A stretch of DNA of 64,000 nt from a virus. Its lineage: Duplodnaviria; Caudoviricetes. Position numbers and translations under genes: made by a program. Positions 19,791 through 30,010 of this stretch are shown one piece after another. The notes under the pieces were generated by a model. The model made no database searches and was not told the DNA's origin. It saw only the letters and a list, made by a program, of their open reading frames with translations. Numbering within the stretch: position 1 is the stretch's first letter; each line of letters opens with the position of its first letter. The stretch lies in IMG/VR virus record IMGVR_UViG_2831870349_000001; one strand, 5' to 3'.

Positions 19791-20312
19791 ATGGAGATCG
19801 CGATGGAGTTCCTGGATCCCTCACTCGAAAAATCGGATTTATCGGAGACCGATTTTTCAAAATCGAATGCGCCAAAGACCGAGTCGCCGCATCTGGTCAT
19901 GGTTCGCTCAATTCAGAGCTCGCCGGATGTTTTCGCGCATATCGCGTTCAGCGACCGCGTGATGTACTGTCTGGCGGGATGCTCGCTCGCGCTTTCGGCC
20001 GCTTGTGGCCTCGCCGGCGGCGCACTCTTCTACTGGCTCGCGGCGGGGTTCCTGATCCAGGCGCTGATCTTCGCCGTGGCGCCGTGGGAGAACCGGTCGC
20101 ACAAAGCGCGCCTCGCCGCCTGGCGCGAGGAGCAGTCGGCGCTGACGCTGATGGTTGAGATCGCGGAGCCGGTCTCCGAAGAGGATGCGCAGAAAGTTGC
20201 GGGCCCCGTCTTCGTCGAACTTCCGACCTCCTGCCGCCGTCCCGAAGTCTCCGCGATCCGCTCGTTCAAATGCGGCACCCGTCCGGCTGGCAAGAACGGA
20301 GACTGGCGATAA
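19791..20312 (+). CDS. Hypothetical two-TM membrane protein
   Basis: Two hydrophobic helices; in operon. Confidence 0.6.
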   Translation: MEIAMEFLDPSLEKSDLSETDFSKSNAPKTESPHLVMVRSIQSSPDVFAHIAFSDRVMYCLAGCSLALSAACGLAGGALFYWLAAGFLIQALIFAVAPWENRSHKARLAAWREEQSALTLMVEIAEPVSEEDAQKVAGPVFVELPTSCRRPEVSAIRSFKCGTRPAGKNGDWR

Positions 20313-20314
20313 CC

Positions 20315-22798
20315 ATGCTTGCTGAAATCGATACTAAAATTCAGACAGTCGGTCAACTCGCGCCAAGAGAGGCCGGCGAAGGCGAGGATCTGAAGATCTC
20401 CGACAAACTGCGCGTTCTGGCGAACGGGATGCAGGCGGCCATCGATGTCAAGCTTGCCCCTCGCCTTGCCAACACACCCAAGCGTATCCGTGAGGCGGAG
20501 GATGCCGAGCGCGACGCGAAGCGGATGCAGCGCGTCCAGGCATCACTGCAATATCTGGCGGATGCCCACGACGCTGGCACGGTTCCTCTGGTCGTCTCCC
20601 GAATCAAGACGAAGTCGGTCATCGAAAACATTCTCTTCAATACGAAGTTCCCGGACTGGATCGGATCCAGCAGCGAGCAGGGGCGACTACTCGCTGCTGG
20701 CATCGCGACCGCAGCGGATTTTGATGAAGCGAAGAAGATTCTGGAGGCCGCCGCCGAGGACGCCGGCGGGGAATCGAAAGAAGCACTGAAGTTGCGCAAG
20801 CTGATGCGCGGGCTGGTCGGCGTCAACATCCCCGGCTACTTCCCGACGCCGGACGGATTGGTGACGCGCCTTTTGGAGCTTGCCGAGATCGAAGCGGGAA
20901 TGAGGACGTGCGAGCCCCAGGCAGGCAGCGGCCATATCGCCGACCGGATCCGCGCCGAACATCCCGACGTCCCGCTCACGGTGATTGAGATCAACCTTCA
21001 GCTTCGCGAGATCTTATCGGCCAAAGGTTATCCGATTGCGGGGTCCGATTTCCTCGAATGGCGCTCGGAAGAGCTCTTCGATCGATTTGTCTGCAATCCA
21101 CCGTTCGAGCGCGGCGTCGATATCGATCATGTCCGTCACGCGTATGAGTTGCTGGCGCCGGGCGGGCGCCTTGTATCCGTGATGTCCGACGGCGCGTTCT
21201 TTCGGTCCGATAAGAAGGCATCGCTCTTCCAGCAGTGGTTCCGGGTCAATGACGGCGAGGCGTTCGAAGTTCCCCACGGCTCCTTCCTGGAGAGCGATAA
21301 GAAGACGGCCGTCAGCACGAAGATCATCGTTCTGAATAAGCCGGCGGCTCCTGTCTTGACACTGGTCACATCCGTGGGAGAAGCGCGCATCGAAAATAAT
21401 TCGTCAGGCTCTGAGAATTATTCATCGATCAATAATGCTGTCGGCCCTGACACGCAAGATATTCCGCTTGAGAATCTCCTTCCCAATCCTTTTCAGCCGC
21501 GTGACATATTCGCTCAAAAACCGCTGGAGGACCTGGCGCGCAGCCTGACCATAAACAAGCAACTCCAGCCGATTGTCGTCCGCCATGCCGCAAAAGACGC
21601 CGGCAAGTTCGAGATCGCCTGCGGCGAGCGGCGCTTCCGCGCGGCGAAGATCGCGGGACTTGCTTCATTGCGCGCTGAAGTCGCTGTCTACGATGATTTG
21701 CAGATGGCGCGTATCGCGACGGCCGAAAACGATGAGCGTGAGCCTCTCAATCCCCTGGAGCGCGCTCGTGGATATGCGAACCGCGTGAAACTCGGTCAGA
21801 CACAGGCGGAAATTGAGGCGGAGACTGGCGTCGATCAATCTTCCATCAGTCAAACGCTGAACTTACTCACGCTTCCTGAAAGTGTCCAGGATCATCTTCG
21901 CCACGGGCGCATCTCCGCCACGCACGGTTTCAAATTGCTGAAGCTGCGTAAGCTACAGGGGACCGAAGCGTCGATGATCAAGTTCGCTGGAGACGCTTTC
22001 GCCGCGTCCTGGTCCGTCAGCAAATTGGATCAGGTAATTACCGATCATATCGCCGACCTTCAGCGCTCGGCCGCGTCTCCCTACTTCAATGTGGTGGCGC
22101 CAACAATTTCGGCCACCGTCTTCTCTGAGCCGGGACCGATCCCCGCCGCCGAAGTCGAAGCGCCTCCGGCGCCGGCAATGTCAGAACGATCCCCAAATAG
22201 CAACGAGGAGGAAATTGATGGCAGTCATGAGATGGTCGCACAGGACGTATTTTCGTCCGGAGATCCCGTGCCGGTGGTGGCCGCTGCTGGAGCGACTGAG
22301 CATGCAGCGCACGAAGACGCGCCAGCTTCATCATCTGCGGACGACGCGCCTTGCGAAGTACGATCATCTGCACCACATGACACAGTGGACGCACAGGCAG
22401 CCTCAGTACCGGAGGCCGCTACACCGACCGGGCCGGTCGAGGTGCTGATCGGAGAGGATATCCCCTCGATTTGCCACCATTGTCCGCTCAGCGCGGCGAC
22501 GATGGTGAACATTCGTGACGGCGTTCGAGCATCGATGCAGGGGGCGCAGGCTGCCGATCAGACCGATGACCGCACCGTGACACTCTCAAAGGACAGCACG
22601 GACGCGCTCTGGGAAATGGGTCTGACGGCGGATCAGGCAATTGCGGAGCTGCTCGAATACCGCCTTGTCCCAAAGGCCAAGAATGCGCTTCGCATGCTTA
22701 CGGACGCCTATAACGAAAACCATGCTGAAAATATCAATCTGTCCGAGCGCCTGAGCTCCATCGTGCTGACACGCGCCACACAGTCGGAGGGCTTCTAA
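20315..22798 (+). CDS. N6-adenine DNA methyltransferase fused to ParB/Spo0J CTPase-HTH
   Basis: YFPTP, EPQAGSG (SAM binding), NPPF (catalytic), LAPGGRLV; then PNPFQPR, LQPIVVR, GERRFRA, AENDERE and an HTH. Confidence 0.9.
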   Translation: MLAEIDTKIQTVGQLAPREAGEGEDLKISDKLRVLANGMQAAIDVKLAPRLANTPKRIREAEDAERDAKRMQRVQASLQYLADAHDAGTVPLVVSRIKTKSVIENILFNTKFPDWIGSSSEQGRLLAAGIATAADFDEAKKILEAAAEDAGGESKEALKLRKLMRGLVGVNIPGYFPTPDGLVTRLLELAEIEAGMRTCEPQAGSGHIADRIRAEHPDVPLTVIEINLQLREILSAKGYPIAGSDFLEWRSEELFDRFVCNPPFERGVDIDHVRHAYELLAPGGRLVSVMSDGAFFRSDKKASLFQQWFRVNDGEAFEVPHGSFLESDKKTAVSTKIIVLNKPAAPVLTLVTSVGEARIENNSSGSENYSSINNAVGPDTQDIPLENLLPNPFQPRDIFAQKPLEDLARSLTINKQLQPIVVRHAAKDAGKFEIACGERRFRAAKIAGLASLRAEVAVYDDLQMARIATAENDEREPLNPLERARGYANRVKLGQTQAEIEAETGVDQSSISQTLNLLTLPESVQDHLRHGRISATHGFKLLKLRKLQGTEASMIKFAGDAFAASWSVSKLDQVITDHIADLQRSAASPYFNVVAPTISATVFSEPGPIPAAEVEAPPAPAMSERSPNSNEEEIDGSHEMVAQDVFSSGDPVPVVAAAGATEHAAHEDAPASSSADDAPCEVRSSAPHDTVDAQAASVPEAATPTGPVEVLIGEDIPSICHHCPLSAATMVNIRDGVRASMQGAQAADQTDDRTVTLSKDSTDALWEMGLTADQAIAELLEYRLVPKAKNALRMLTDAYNENHAENINLSERLSSIVLTRATQSEGF
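21417..21436. promoter_or_regulatory. Dispersed palindrome copy 2 (ATTATTCATCGATCAATAAT), in the MTase-ParB linker
   Basis: AT-rich island within a GC-rich CDS; encodes NYSSINN. Confidence 0.75.
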
Positions 22799-22802
22799 AT
22801 CC

Positions 22803-24677
22803 ATGACTCCTAAGAAGCCATTTGTTTGCGTGGATCTCTTTTGCGGGGCCGGCGGGATCAGTCAAGGTCTGCGCAATGCCGCCAAGAAGGTTGGCTATAC
22901 GGCGGCGCTTCTCGCGATCAACCACTGGCCAGTCGCGATCGATTCGCATACGCTCAATCATCCAGAGGCCACACATATTTGCGCTCCGGTGGACGGCGCC
23001 AATCCTCGCGAGCTTGTCCCAGGCGGGATTGTCCATCTTCTTTGCGCGGCGCCGGAATGCACCCATCACTCCAATGCGCGCGGGGGTAAGCCCAAGAGCG
23101 AACAAAAGCGATCAAGCGCCTGGGACATCCTTCGATGGGCAGACGCGCTGTATGTTCACCACATCTTGATTGAGAACGTGCCGGAATTCCAGAAATGGGG
23201 GCCGCTTCATCCCTGCACTTGTGGGGTGGAGGAAGGCGCTGAGCACCTGAAATCCTGCTTGATCGGGAAGCCGATCAAAGAAGAGGAAGGCCGCTTCTTC
23301 CGAAACTTTATCCGCAACTTGGAGGAGCTTGGCTATACCGTCGAATTCAAGGTGCTTACCTGCTGCGAATATGGCGATCCAACCAGCCGCAAACGCCTGT
23401 TCATCCAGGCCCGGCTCGGCGGTATCGCGCCTGCCTGGCCGGAAATTACGCACGTTCCCGCCGCTGAAGTCGCGTCGCGTCCAGGGAAGAAGGCTCAGCT
23501 TGTCGCCCGTGACATCATCGACTGGAAACTGAAGGGCACATCGATCTACGATCGGCCGGCTCAGGGCAAAAAAAACCTCGTTGCCGCGACGATGAAGCGC
23601 ATCCACGCCGGTGTTTACAAATTCGCGGGATTGCCATTCCTTGTTCCGAATTTCGGGGAGCGAGAAGGGCAGCAGCCGCGTACGCACTCGATTTATTCGC
23701 CATTGTCCGCCGTCACCAGCCACGGCGCCGGAGCGATCTGCCAGCCGTTTCTCGTCGTGCTCCAGAACCATCGTGATGGTTACAGCCTGGAGAAACCGTT
23801 CCCAACGATCATGACGCGCCGGCAGTTCGGTGTCGCCGAGCCCTACATCGCGCCGATCACGCACACGGGATCCGGGAATCGATGCCGGGGCGTGGATAAG
23901 CCGCTCTTCACCGTTACTGGAGCCAAACGTGGGGAACTGGCGTTACTGGAGCCCTATATGGTGGTCAATCGCAAGAATGCGGACGCACATCCGATGGATG
24001 TTCCCATGCGCGCGCTGACGACCGGTAACATCATGGGAGTTGCGGAGCCTCAGATCGTAACCGACTCGGTTAACGCCTTCCTCGTGAAATATTACGAAGG
24101 AAGTGACGCCGCCTCGCTCGACGCCCCGCTGCCAGCGGTCACCTCGAATTATGAACATCTGGCGCTGATCGAAACTGTTCCTGAATGGAACGAGACGATG
24201 CCGGCGTTCATGACGAAATATCATGGCTCGCACCAGGGGCGAAACGACGGTGATGGGCGCGTACTTTCGGTTGGCTCGCCGCTCCCTGCTCTCGACACTT
24301 CGAATTGCCTGGGTATCGCTGAGCCTAATCTTGTAATCCGACAACATACGCCATTCCTGATCAATTATAACGGGACCGGCGGCGCGCATTCGGTGGACGA
24401 GCCGCTGCTCTCCGCGACGGGGAACGACCGGTTCGCCCTGGTGGCGCCCGAATATCATCACTTGATCGACAAAGGCGACGTCGTCGGCTACCTCGACATT
24501 CTTTACCGGATGCTCCAGCCGCACGAGCTCGCTGGCGGCCAGGGATTTCCGAAGTCGTATATTTTCACCGGGACGCGCGAGGCGCAAATCAAGCAGATTG
24601 GCAATGCGGTTCCTGTTGCGACCGCAGAGGCGCTTTGCACAACGATCTTCAAGACGTTGATGGCGGTGGCTGTATGA
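22803..24677 (+). CDS. DNA cytosine-C5 methyltransferase (long phage type)
   Basis: DLFCGAGG, PECTHHS catalytic motif, ENV, RKRLF, QGFP, QIGNAV; repeated xxPLxTxT units in the variable region. Confidence 0.93.
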   Translation: MTPKKPFVCVDLFCGAGGISQGLRNAAKKVGYTAALLAINHWPVAIDSHTLNHPEATHICAPVDGANPRELVPGGIVHLLCAAPECTHHSNARGGKPKSEQKRSSAWDILRWADALYVHHILIENVPEFQKWGPLHPCTCGVEEGAEHLKSCLIGKPIKEEEGRFFRNFIRNLEELGYTVEFKVLTCCEYGDPTSRKRLFIQARLGGIAPAWPEITHVPAAEVASRPGKKAQLVARDIIDWKLKGTSIYDRPAQGKKNLVAATMKRIHAGVYKFAGLPFLVPNFGEREGQQPRTHSIYSPLSAVTSHGAGAICQPFLVVLQNHRDGYSLEKPFPTIMTRRQFGVAEPYIAPITHTGSGNRCRGVDKPLFTVTGAKRGELALLEPYMVVNRKNADAHPMDVPMRALTTGNIMGVAEPQIVTDSVNAFLVKYYEGSDAASLDAPLPAVTSNYEHLALIETVPEWNETMPAFMTKYHGSHQGRNDGDGRVLSVGSPLPALDTSNCLGIAEPNLVIRQHTPFLINYNGTGGAHSVDEPLLSATGNDRFALVAPEYHHLIDKGDVVGYLDILYRMLQPHELAGGQGFPKSYIFTGTREAQIKQIGNAVPVATAEALCTTIFKTLMAVAV

Positions 24678-25564
24678 AATCAGATCTCATGAACGCAGAC
24701 GCCAAATGCCGACGCCCTGTCCTGAGATATCACGGTGGGAAATGGCGTCTTGCGTCGTGGATCATCAGCCAAATGCCGCCTCATCGCGTTTACGTCGAGC
24801 CGTATTGCGGAGCCGCGTCCGTCCTTCTCCAGAAGCCGCGCGCCTTCGGCGAGGTGATCAACGATCTGGACGGGGAGGTCGTCAATCTGTTCCGCGTGCT
24901 GCGCGAACCGGCGGCCGCGAAGGATCTGATCAATGCGATCCGCCTGACGCCGTTCGCGCGCGCCGAATTCGACACCGCTTACGATCGCAATATCCTGGAT
25001 CCCGTGGAGCGCGCTCGCCGCCTGATGGTCCGGTCTTTCATGGGTTTTTCGTCCAGTGCGTCGGGCAAGGGTAGCAAAACAGGATTTCGATCCTATGCCT
25101 ACCGCTCCTACATGACGCCGGCGGCGGACTGGGCGGGATTGCCGGCCGCGCTGCCAGCCGTGGTGCAGCGGCTGCGCGGCGTGACGATCGAGAACCGGAG
25201 TGCGATTGAACTCGTTCAATCGCACTCCACTCCCGAGACGCTGCTTTATTGCGATCCTCCCTATGTGCGCAGCACCAGGTCTTCGCTACGCTGGCCAGGG
25301 GAGAAAGCGTACGCGCATGAGATGACCGATGACGATCACCGAACCATGGCGGCGGCCCTGAGCTCGAGCGCGGCAATGGTGATCGTGAGCGGATATCGAT
25401 GCGACCTTTACGATGAGATCTTCAACAACTGGATCCGATGTGACCGCGCCGGCGTGATCGCGAGCAATACCGGAAGCGCAACGCGCATGGAATCTCTGTG
25501 GCTTAATCCTGCTGCGGCCCAGGCCCGTGGTCAGCAATCTTTAGAGCTCGAGGTGAGAGCGTGA
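24674..25564 (+). CDS. Dam-like (D12 class) DNA adenine methyltransferase
   Basis: RYHGGK, EPYCGAAS, NDLD, DPPY. Confidence 0.92.
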   Translation: MKSDLMNADAKCRRPVLRYHGGKWRLASWIISQMPPHRVYVEPYCGAASVLLQKPRAFGEVINDLDGEVVNLFRVLREPAAAKDLINAIRLTPFARAEFDTAYDRNILDPVERARRLMVRSFMGFSSSASGKGSKTGFRSYAYRSYMTPAADWAGLPAALPAVVQRLRGVTIENRSAIELVQSHSTPETLLYCDPPYVRSTRSSLRWPGEKAYAHEMTDDDHRTMAAALSSSAAMVIVSGYRCDLYDEIFNNWIRCDRAGVIASNTGSATRMESLWLNPAAAQARGQQSLELEVRA

Positions 25565-26040
25565 GAACCGCCGCGCTTTTCACGCCGGCGGAGAGCGGAC
25601 TGGTCCGCGTCTCAGATCACTGGTACCGAGCCAAAAGCTGCGATGTGAATGTAGTTCCGCTCTTCCAGCGGCATTATAGCTGCCCGAAGCCTAAGGATAC
25701 GCACTATACCTCCGGAATCGCGGGGCCCGGCGAGGACATGACACTGATCACCGCGACCGGTGACGCGCTATTCGTCTGGCGCAGCGAGGAGTTTCGCAAA
25801 GACGACCAGTGGGGCGTGGAGTGCAGCGTATTCCGCAATGAAGGATCCGTGCAGTCCAGTTTGATGATCCGCGAGGCAGTGGAAGCGGCGGTAGTGAAAT
25901 GGAAACCGCAACGGTTCTTCACCTTCGTCAACGCGGAGAAAGTACAGAGCGCAAACCCTGGATACTGCTTCAAGATGGCCGGATGGAGTTTCTGCGGTTT
26001 CACGAAAGCAGGCCTTCATATTCTCGAATATAGGAATTAA
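25561..26040 (+). CDS. Mom-like (GNAT-fold) DNA modification protein
   Basis: RHYS...FRNEG...FTFVNAE...NPGYCFKMAGW resembles the Mu Mom family. Confidence 0.6.
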   Translation: MRTAALFTPAESGLVRVSDHWYRAKSCDVNVVPLFQRHYSCPKPKDTHYTSGIAGPGEDMTLITATGDALFVWRSEEFRKDDQWGVECSVFRNEGSVQSSLMIREAVEAAVVKWKPQRFFTFVNAEKVQSANPGYCFKMAGWSFCGFTKAGLHILEYRN

Positions 26041-26261
26041 AGAAATCTTGAATTTGCGATTTCAGGCGGGGCGGCGGCCTGGATAAATCTAAACGAGCAG
26101 CGCCAGACCGGGGGATTGAGGCGCCCCGGCGAGCAGATGGAACGCCGGCGGATTCTAGTAACACTCGCGGGCCGCAAGAAGTGGGAGCCTCGCCGGGGAT
26201 GCGGCCCGCGAGAACAGATTTCGGACACGAGTCTTGATTTTGGTGATAGGACGACATCGAC

Positions 26262-26729
26262 ATGGCAGGCATCGACATTCGAGACATCGATAAGTACGGG
26301 ACGAAGGCGGCGGAGCAGATCCGCGCACAGATGGGCGTCGCCGCTATTCCACTCCCTGCCAGCAAGTCGGGAAGCGCGCGCACGGATCCTACAGGCGCTC
26401 AGACGGACGTGGATAAGAAGCCTAAATACCGCAATGAACCGGTGGAAATCGACGGCTATACATTCGCATCCAAGCGTGAGGGTAATCGCTACCGACTGCT
26501 GAAAGCGATGCAGATCGCGGGCAGTATTTCGGGACTGGAGATGCAGGTCCCATATCGCTTTTTCGAAGGCGAGCGGCTGATCTTCGAATACATCGCCGAC
26601 TTCCGCTACACCTGGATCGAGAGCGGACAGAAGAGAGTGGAAGATGCGAAGGGTATTCGAACAGCCGTCTTCATGCTGAAGAAGCGCCTGATTGAAGCGC
26701 GACACGGCATCACGATCGAGGAGGTCTAA
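26262..26729 (+). CDS. DUF1064-family PD-(D/E)XK nuclease / Holliday junction resolvase-like
   Basis: KYRN...DGYTFASKREG...YIADFRY...VEDAKG. Confidence 0.85.
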   Translation: MAGIDIRDIDKYGTKAAEQIRAQMGVAAIPLPASKSGSARTDPTGAQTDVDKKPKYRNEPVEIDGYTFASKREGNRYRLLKAMQIAGSISGLEMQVPYRFFEGERLIFEYIADFRYTWIESGQKRVEDAKGIRTAVFMLKKRLIEARHGITIEEV

Positions 26730-26731
26730 GG

Positions 26732-27120
26732 TGACCCGAAAGCCCTGGCCATGCGAGGAAATCGTCAACTGGACGGAGCGGTATCTGCGCACCCGCGACA
26801 GCGATCTCGTGCTTTGGCCGTGGATCGATTTCGAGAAGCAGCCCGCGTGTACGATCGGCAGACAGCCCGGGGCGAAGGGCGCGGTGGTTCCTGGGACCGT
26901 GACGCCCGAAGACTGGACGCGCCAGCTGCTGCGCCACTGGGCGCGCACGGTCGACGCCTACACGAGAGGCGACTTCGACCCGGCAACGTTTGAGGGCAAG
27001 GTGATCGCGCTGAACGCGCTTCCGGCGGAGCGTCTGCTCTTTGCGTATCGTCGGGTCGTGGAAGATAAGAGACGGAGCGCGCCGGCGGCGGCTCAGGAAA
27101 GGGAACTCGTTTACGGCTGA
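26732..27120 (+). CDS. Hypothetical protein
   Basis: GGAGG followed by a GTG start; in operon. Confidence 0.55.
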
Positions 27121-27219
27121 AGCGCCGTGCAGCAAATCACTGTACAATCCTGTGCCCAGAGACCTCTGCCCGATGGGAATGTACAGGGCCGGAAAGTGAA
27201 ATATCGCTTGCTTGCTTAG

Positions 27220-27654
27220 ATGACGCAAGCATATCCAAATGCCGAAGGTCCTGCGTTGAAGGAGATTTTATTGAGCGAAATCATCACCCGCCGCTATTAC
27301 CGCGCGGCGAAGCATCGCACCTGGCACATCGCCGGCGAGGACGGCCTGCCGGTCTGCGGCGTCCAGACAAAGCCGGGCGGAACGCATAAGACGGATTTGA
27401 CGCTGGTCGATCGCGGATGGGCCTGTCGCAAATGCCATCACCGCGTGAGCGCGAAGCCATTCGTTCCGCGTCCGCCGATCTCGGAAGCGCCGCCGTCGTC
27501 GGTCTTCCTGACACAGCCGCGCAAGCGCAGCGCGGACCTCGCGACGACGGGGCAGCAGTGTTACCTGCTTCGCTACGGACATGCGACGGCGATGCAGGCG
27601 GCGGGGATGACAGTCTCTGAGGCGTCCGCGATCATCGACGCGGCGGGAGCGTGA
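27220..27654 (+). CDS. Hypothetical Zn-binding protein
   Basis: H...C...CRKC pattern. Confidence 0.5.
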   Translation: MTQAYPNAEGPALKEILLSEIITRRYYRAAKHRTWHIAGEDGLPVCGVQTKPGGTHKTDLTLVDRGWACRKCHHRVSAKPFVPRPPISEAPPSSVFLTQPRKRSADLATTGQQCYLLRYGHATAMQAAGMTVSEASAIIDAAGA

Positions 27655-27655
27655 T

Positions 27656-28081
27656 ATGTCAAAGGCAGTCATCAATATCGGATATTTCTGCGCGAACCTA
27701 CATTCAGTCGTGAATGCTCATCTCAACGGCTTCAGCGCGCAGCTTCTGGCGGAAAGCTATGGGGACCAGATTGAGCGGTTTCCGGAGGGCGGAATCGCCT
27801 TCACGTGTGAGGATCATTCGCATCGAGCCATTTACGTGACGATCAGTACGGAAGCCCCGGTGAGTTTGGAAAGCGACGAGCAAGTCGACCGGCATGCGCG
27901 CTGGCTTGCAGATGAGTATTATCGCCGCCGAATCCCACTCAACGACAATGAGCCAACGGGTTTTGATGATTGCGGACCCATGCTGCAGTGGAGCTATCGC
28001 AACCGAGCCCGCCTGTTCCTGGGCGTCCCAGAGGTGCGATGGGAGGAGGCGCTAGAGAATTCCCGGAGGCGGTCGCCATGA
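27656..28081 (+). CDS. Hypothetical protein
   Basis: Coupled operon gene. Confidence 0.55.
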   Translation: MSKAVINIGYFCANLHSVVNAHLNGFSAQLLAESYGDQIERFPEGGIAFTCEDHSHRAIYVTISTEAPVSLESDEQVDRHARWLADEYYRRRIPLNDNEPTGFDDCGPMLQWSYRNRARLFLGVPEVRWEEALENSRRRSP

Positions 28082-28554
28082 CGCCTACGGTCTACACGAT
28101 GGGCTACGAGGGACGCAAGCCGGCGGACCTATTGATGATCGCGGAGCGCCTGGACGCGACGATTGTGGACATCCGGTACCGCGCCTGGAGCGCGCATCCG
28201 CAATGGCGGCATGGAGCCCTTCGCGAGTTTCTCGGCGATCGTTATGCGCGCTGCGTGCAGCTTGGCAATAAGCGCTACCGGGAGCCCGCGAACGCGGACG
28301 GAAGCCGCCAGATCGAATTGGTCGACGCCGCCGCCGGAGCGCAGTATGTCCTTGAGCATCCGCATTCCGTGATTTTGATGTGTGGGTGCCGGAACGCGGA
28401 GACATGCCACCGATCCAACGTTGCGCGATTATTGATCGATCAATACGATCAGCGAGTTTTTGAAATCATGTGGGCGCGCGGGGCTAACGCCTCTGGGATT
28501 CTCTGGGCGGCTTACGACTGGGCGGAAGTCGATTCGTGGGCGGGAAAGGATTGA
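28078..28554 (+). CDS. DUF488-family protein
   Basis: VYTMGYEGR, VDIR, LGN, LMC...CHR. Confidence 0.8.
   Translation: MTPTVYTMGYEGRKPADLLMIAERLDATIVDIRYRAWSAHPQWRHGALREFLGDRYARCVQLGNKRYREPANADGSRQIELVDAAAGAQYVLEHPHSVILMCGCRNAETCHRSNVARLLIDQYDQRVFEIMWARGANASGILWAAYDWAEVDSWAGKD
28428..28447. promoter_or_regulatory. Dispersed palindrome copy 3 (ATTATTGATCGATCAATACG), inside the DUF488 CDS
   Basis: 18 of 20 positions match the consensus. Confidence 0.7.
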
Positions 28555-28555
28555 T

Positions 28556-29155
28556 ATGATCGCGGCTTTGTATACGGATGGCGGTGTCATCCGCAAGAAC
28601 CCATCTCTGATCGGCGGAACCTGGGCATGGGCACAGGTGGACGCGAGCGGCGAGCGCATTCACAGCGAATGCGGCGTGGTGAAGCCCTTTATGAAGGATG
28701 AGCTTGGCTTCTATCTTCCGGTCACGAACAACAATACCGAGATGATTGCGCTGACGAAAGGCCTTCTCTCGCTTCCCGAAGGCTGGAGTGGTACCGTTTA
28801 CTGCGACAGTAAGATCGCGCTCGGCTGGACGTTCTGGGAGTACAACGCCGAAAACGTGCCGGCGCCGCTGATCGCAAAGGCCCGCCTTGCCGTCACGCGC
28901 CTCGGACAGATCGAGACTGTTCTGCTGGACGGGCATCCAACGGCCGCGCACCTCGCCGCGAACAAAGGCAAGCGCGGCGGTCCGGTGAGCGTTCATAACC
29001 AGCACTGCGACGAAGAGTGTGGGCGGATCGGGCGCGAATACTTGCTTGCGAACGGAGATCTGCTGGAAGCGATGGGGTTAAAGCCTGAGGCAACACGTGA
29101 CACTGTCCGCAAACGGCGCGTTCTTACTGCTGTTGCTTCGACGGACATGACTTGA
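28556..29155 (+). CDS. Ribonuclease HI-like protein
   Basis: YTDGG, TNNNTE, VYCDSK, GH, N..CD acidic active-site pattern. Confidence 0.82.
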   Translation: MIAALYTDGGVIRKNPSLIGGTWAWAQVDASGERIHSECGVVKPFMKDELGFYLPVTNNNTEMIALTKGLLSLPEGWSGTVYCDSKIALGWTFWEYNAENVPAPLIAKARLAVTRLGQIETVLLDGHPTAAHLAANKGKRGGPVSVHNQHCDEECGRIGREYLLANGDLLEAMGLKPEATRDTVRKRRVLTAVASTDMT

Positions 29156-29209
29156 TATTGACGACGCCGGCCTAGCCCGGCCTTTTTGACGGAAAGGAAA
29201 TTTGAAATT

Positions 29210-29629
29210 ATGTTCGACGATTCATTCACAAAAGAGCAGATCGCGGAGGCGCGCGACGGCTGTCAGCAGGCACTGGAGGCCATGCTGTATTCCAAGAATA
29301 TCGCGGAATCGATGCGCGCCGCCGGCGAAGCGGCTGACGCAGCGGCTGACCGCCAGTACTGCGCCTTTCTTCACCGATCGCAATTATTCGAGCGACATTT
29401 GCAGGGCGAAGCCGATCTCGCCGAGCTGATCGAGGCGGAGCAAGAGAGCCGCGCCTGCACCGAGGCGTTCCACCTGGCGATGATTGAAGTTCGAACGATT
29501 CATCGGCAAGGTTACGAGCACAGCAGCAGTCTGATCTCCCGTCAGATCGAGGAGTTGCAGCGGCAACTGGACTCGATCAACGCGCTTGTCCCGCGCCGCG
29601 AAGCTCCCAACCCGCCCCACATACACTGA
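29210..29629 (+). CDS. Hypothetical coiled-coil protein
   Basis: AAGGA RBS. Confidence 0.55.
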   Translation: MFDDSFTKEQIAEARDGCQQALEAMLYSKNIAESMRAAGEAADAAADRQYCAFLHRSQLFERHLQGEADLAELIEAEQESRACTEAFHLAMIEVRTIHRQGYEHSSSLISRQIEELQRQLDSINALVPRREAPNPPHIH

Positions 29630-29656
29630 CCTTTGCCGCCGGAGAGGAACAAGACC

Positions 29657-29992
29657 ATGAAAATCATGCGCGTAAAACTTGAGAACGGCGAGATGTTCGA
29701 CATCCCCGCCGAGGTCGTCGCCAGGCACCGCGCGGACAGCTACGCCATCGACGAAGGCGAGCGCGGGTCACTCGCCTACCAGAAGATGTTCGATGAGGAG
29801 TTCGCCTATACGCTGGGCAGCAATAGTGAGCTGAGCGACTGGTCCAGCAACAACATGAACTGGTCGGACCTCAGTCTTCATGCCCGGCGCGTCGAGGTCG
29901 AAAAACCGAAGCCCGATTATGAGGACCTGTGGGCCGGGGCCGAGCGCGAGTATCTGGAAGCGCCGCAGAGCGCGAAGGCGGTGCGCGCGTGA
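29657..29992 (+). CDS. Hypothetical phage protein
   Basis: GAGG RBS; DWSSNNMNWSD motif. Confidence 0.65.
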   Translation: MKIMRVKLENGEMFDIPAEVVARHRADSYAIDEGERGSLAYQKMFDEEFAYTLGSNSELSDWSSNNMNWSDLSLHARRVEVEKPKPDYEDLWAGAEREYLEAPQSAKAVRA

Positions 29993-30010
29993 TATCTGAA
30001 ATCGGATTAT

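Noticed and set aside
20315-25564. Restriction-modification or BREX/DISARM system
   Set aside because: No cognate endonuclease, helicase or PglZ; the context is a phage early operon of orphan methyltransferases.
27121-27219. Ribozyme or riboswitch in this intergenic gap
   Set aside because: Short stems (CTGTACA/TGTACAG) are present but I could not match any known consensus.
28556-29155. Retroelement or diversity-generating retroelement suggested by RNase H
   Set aside because: No reverse transcriptase ORF and no template/variable repeat pair seen in the window.
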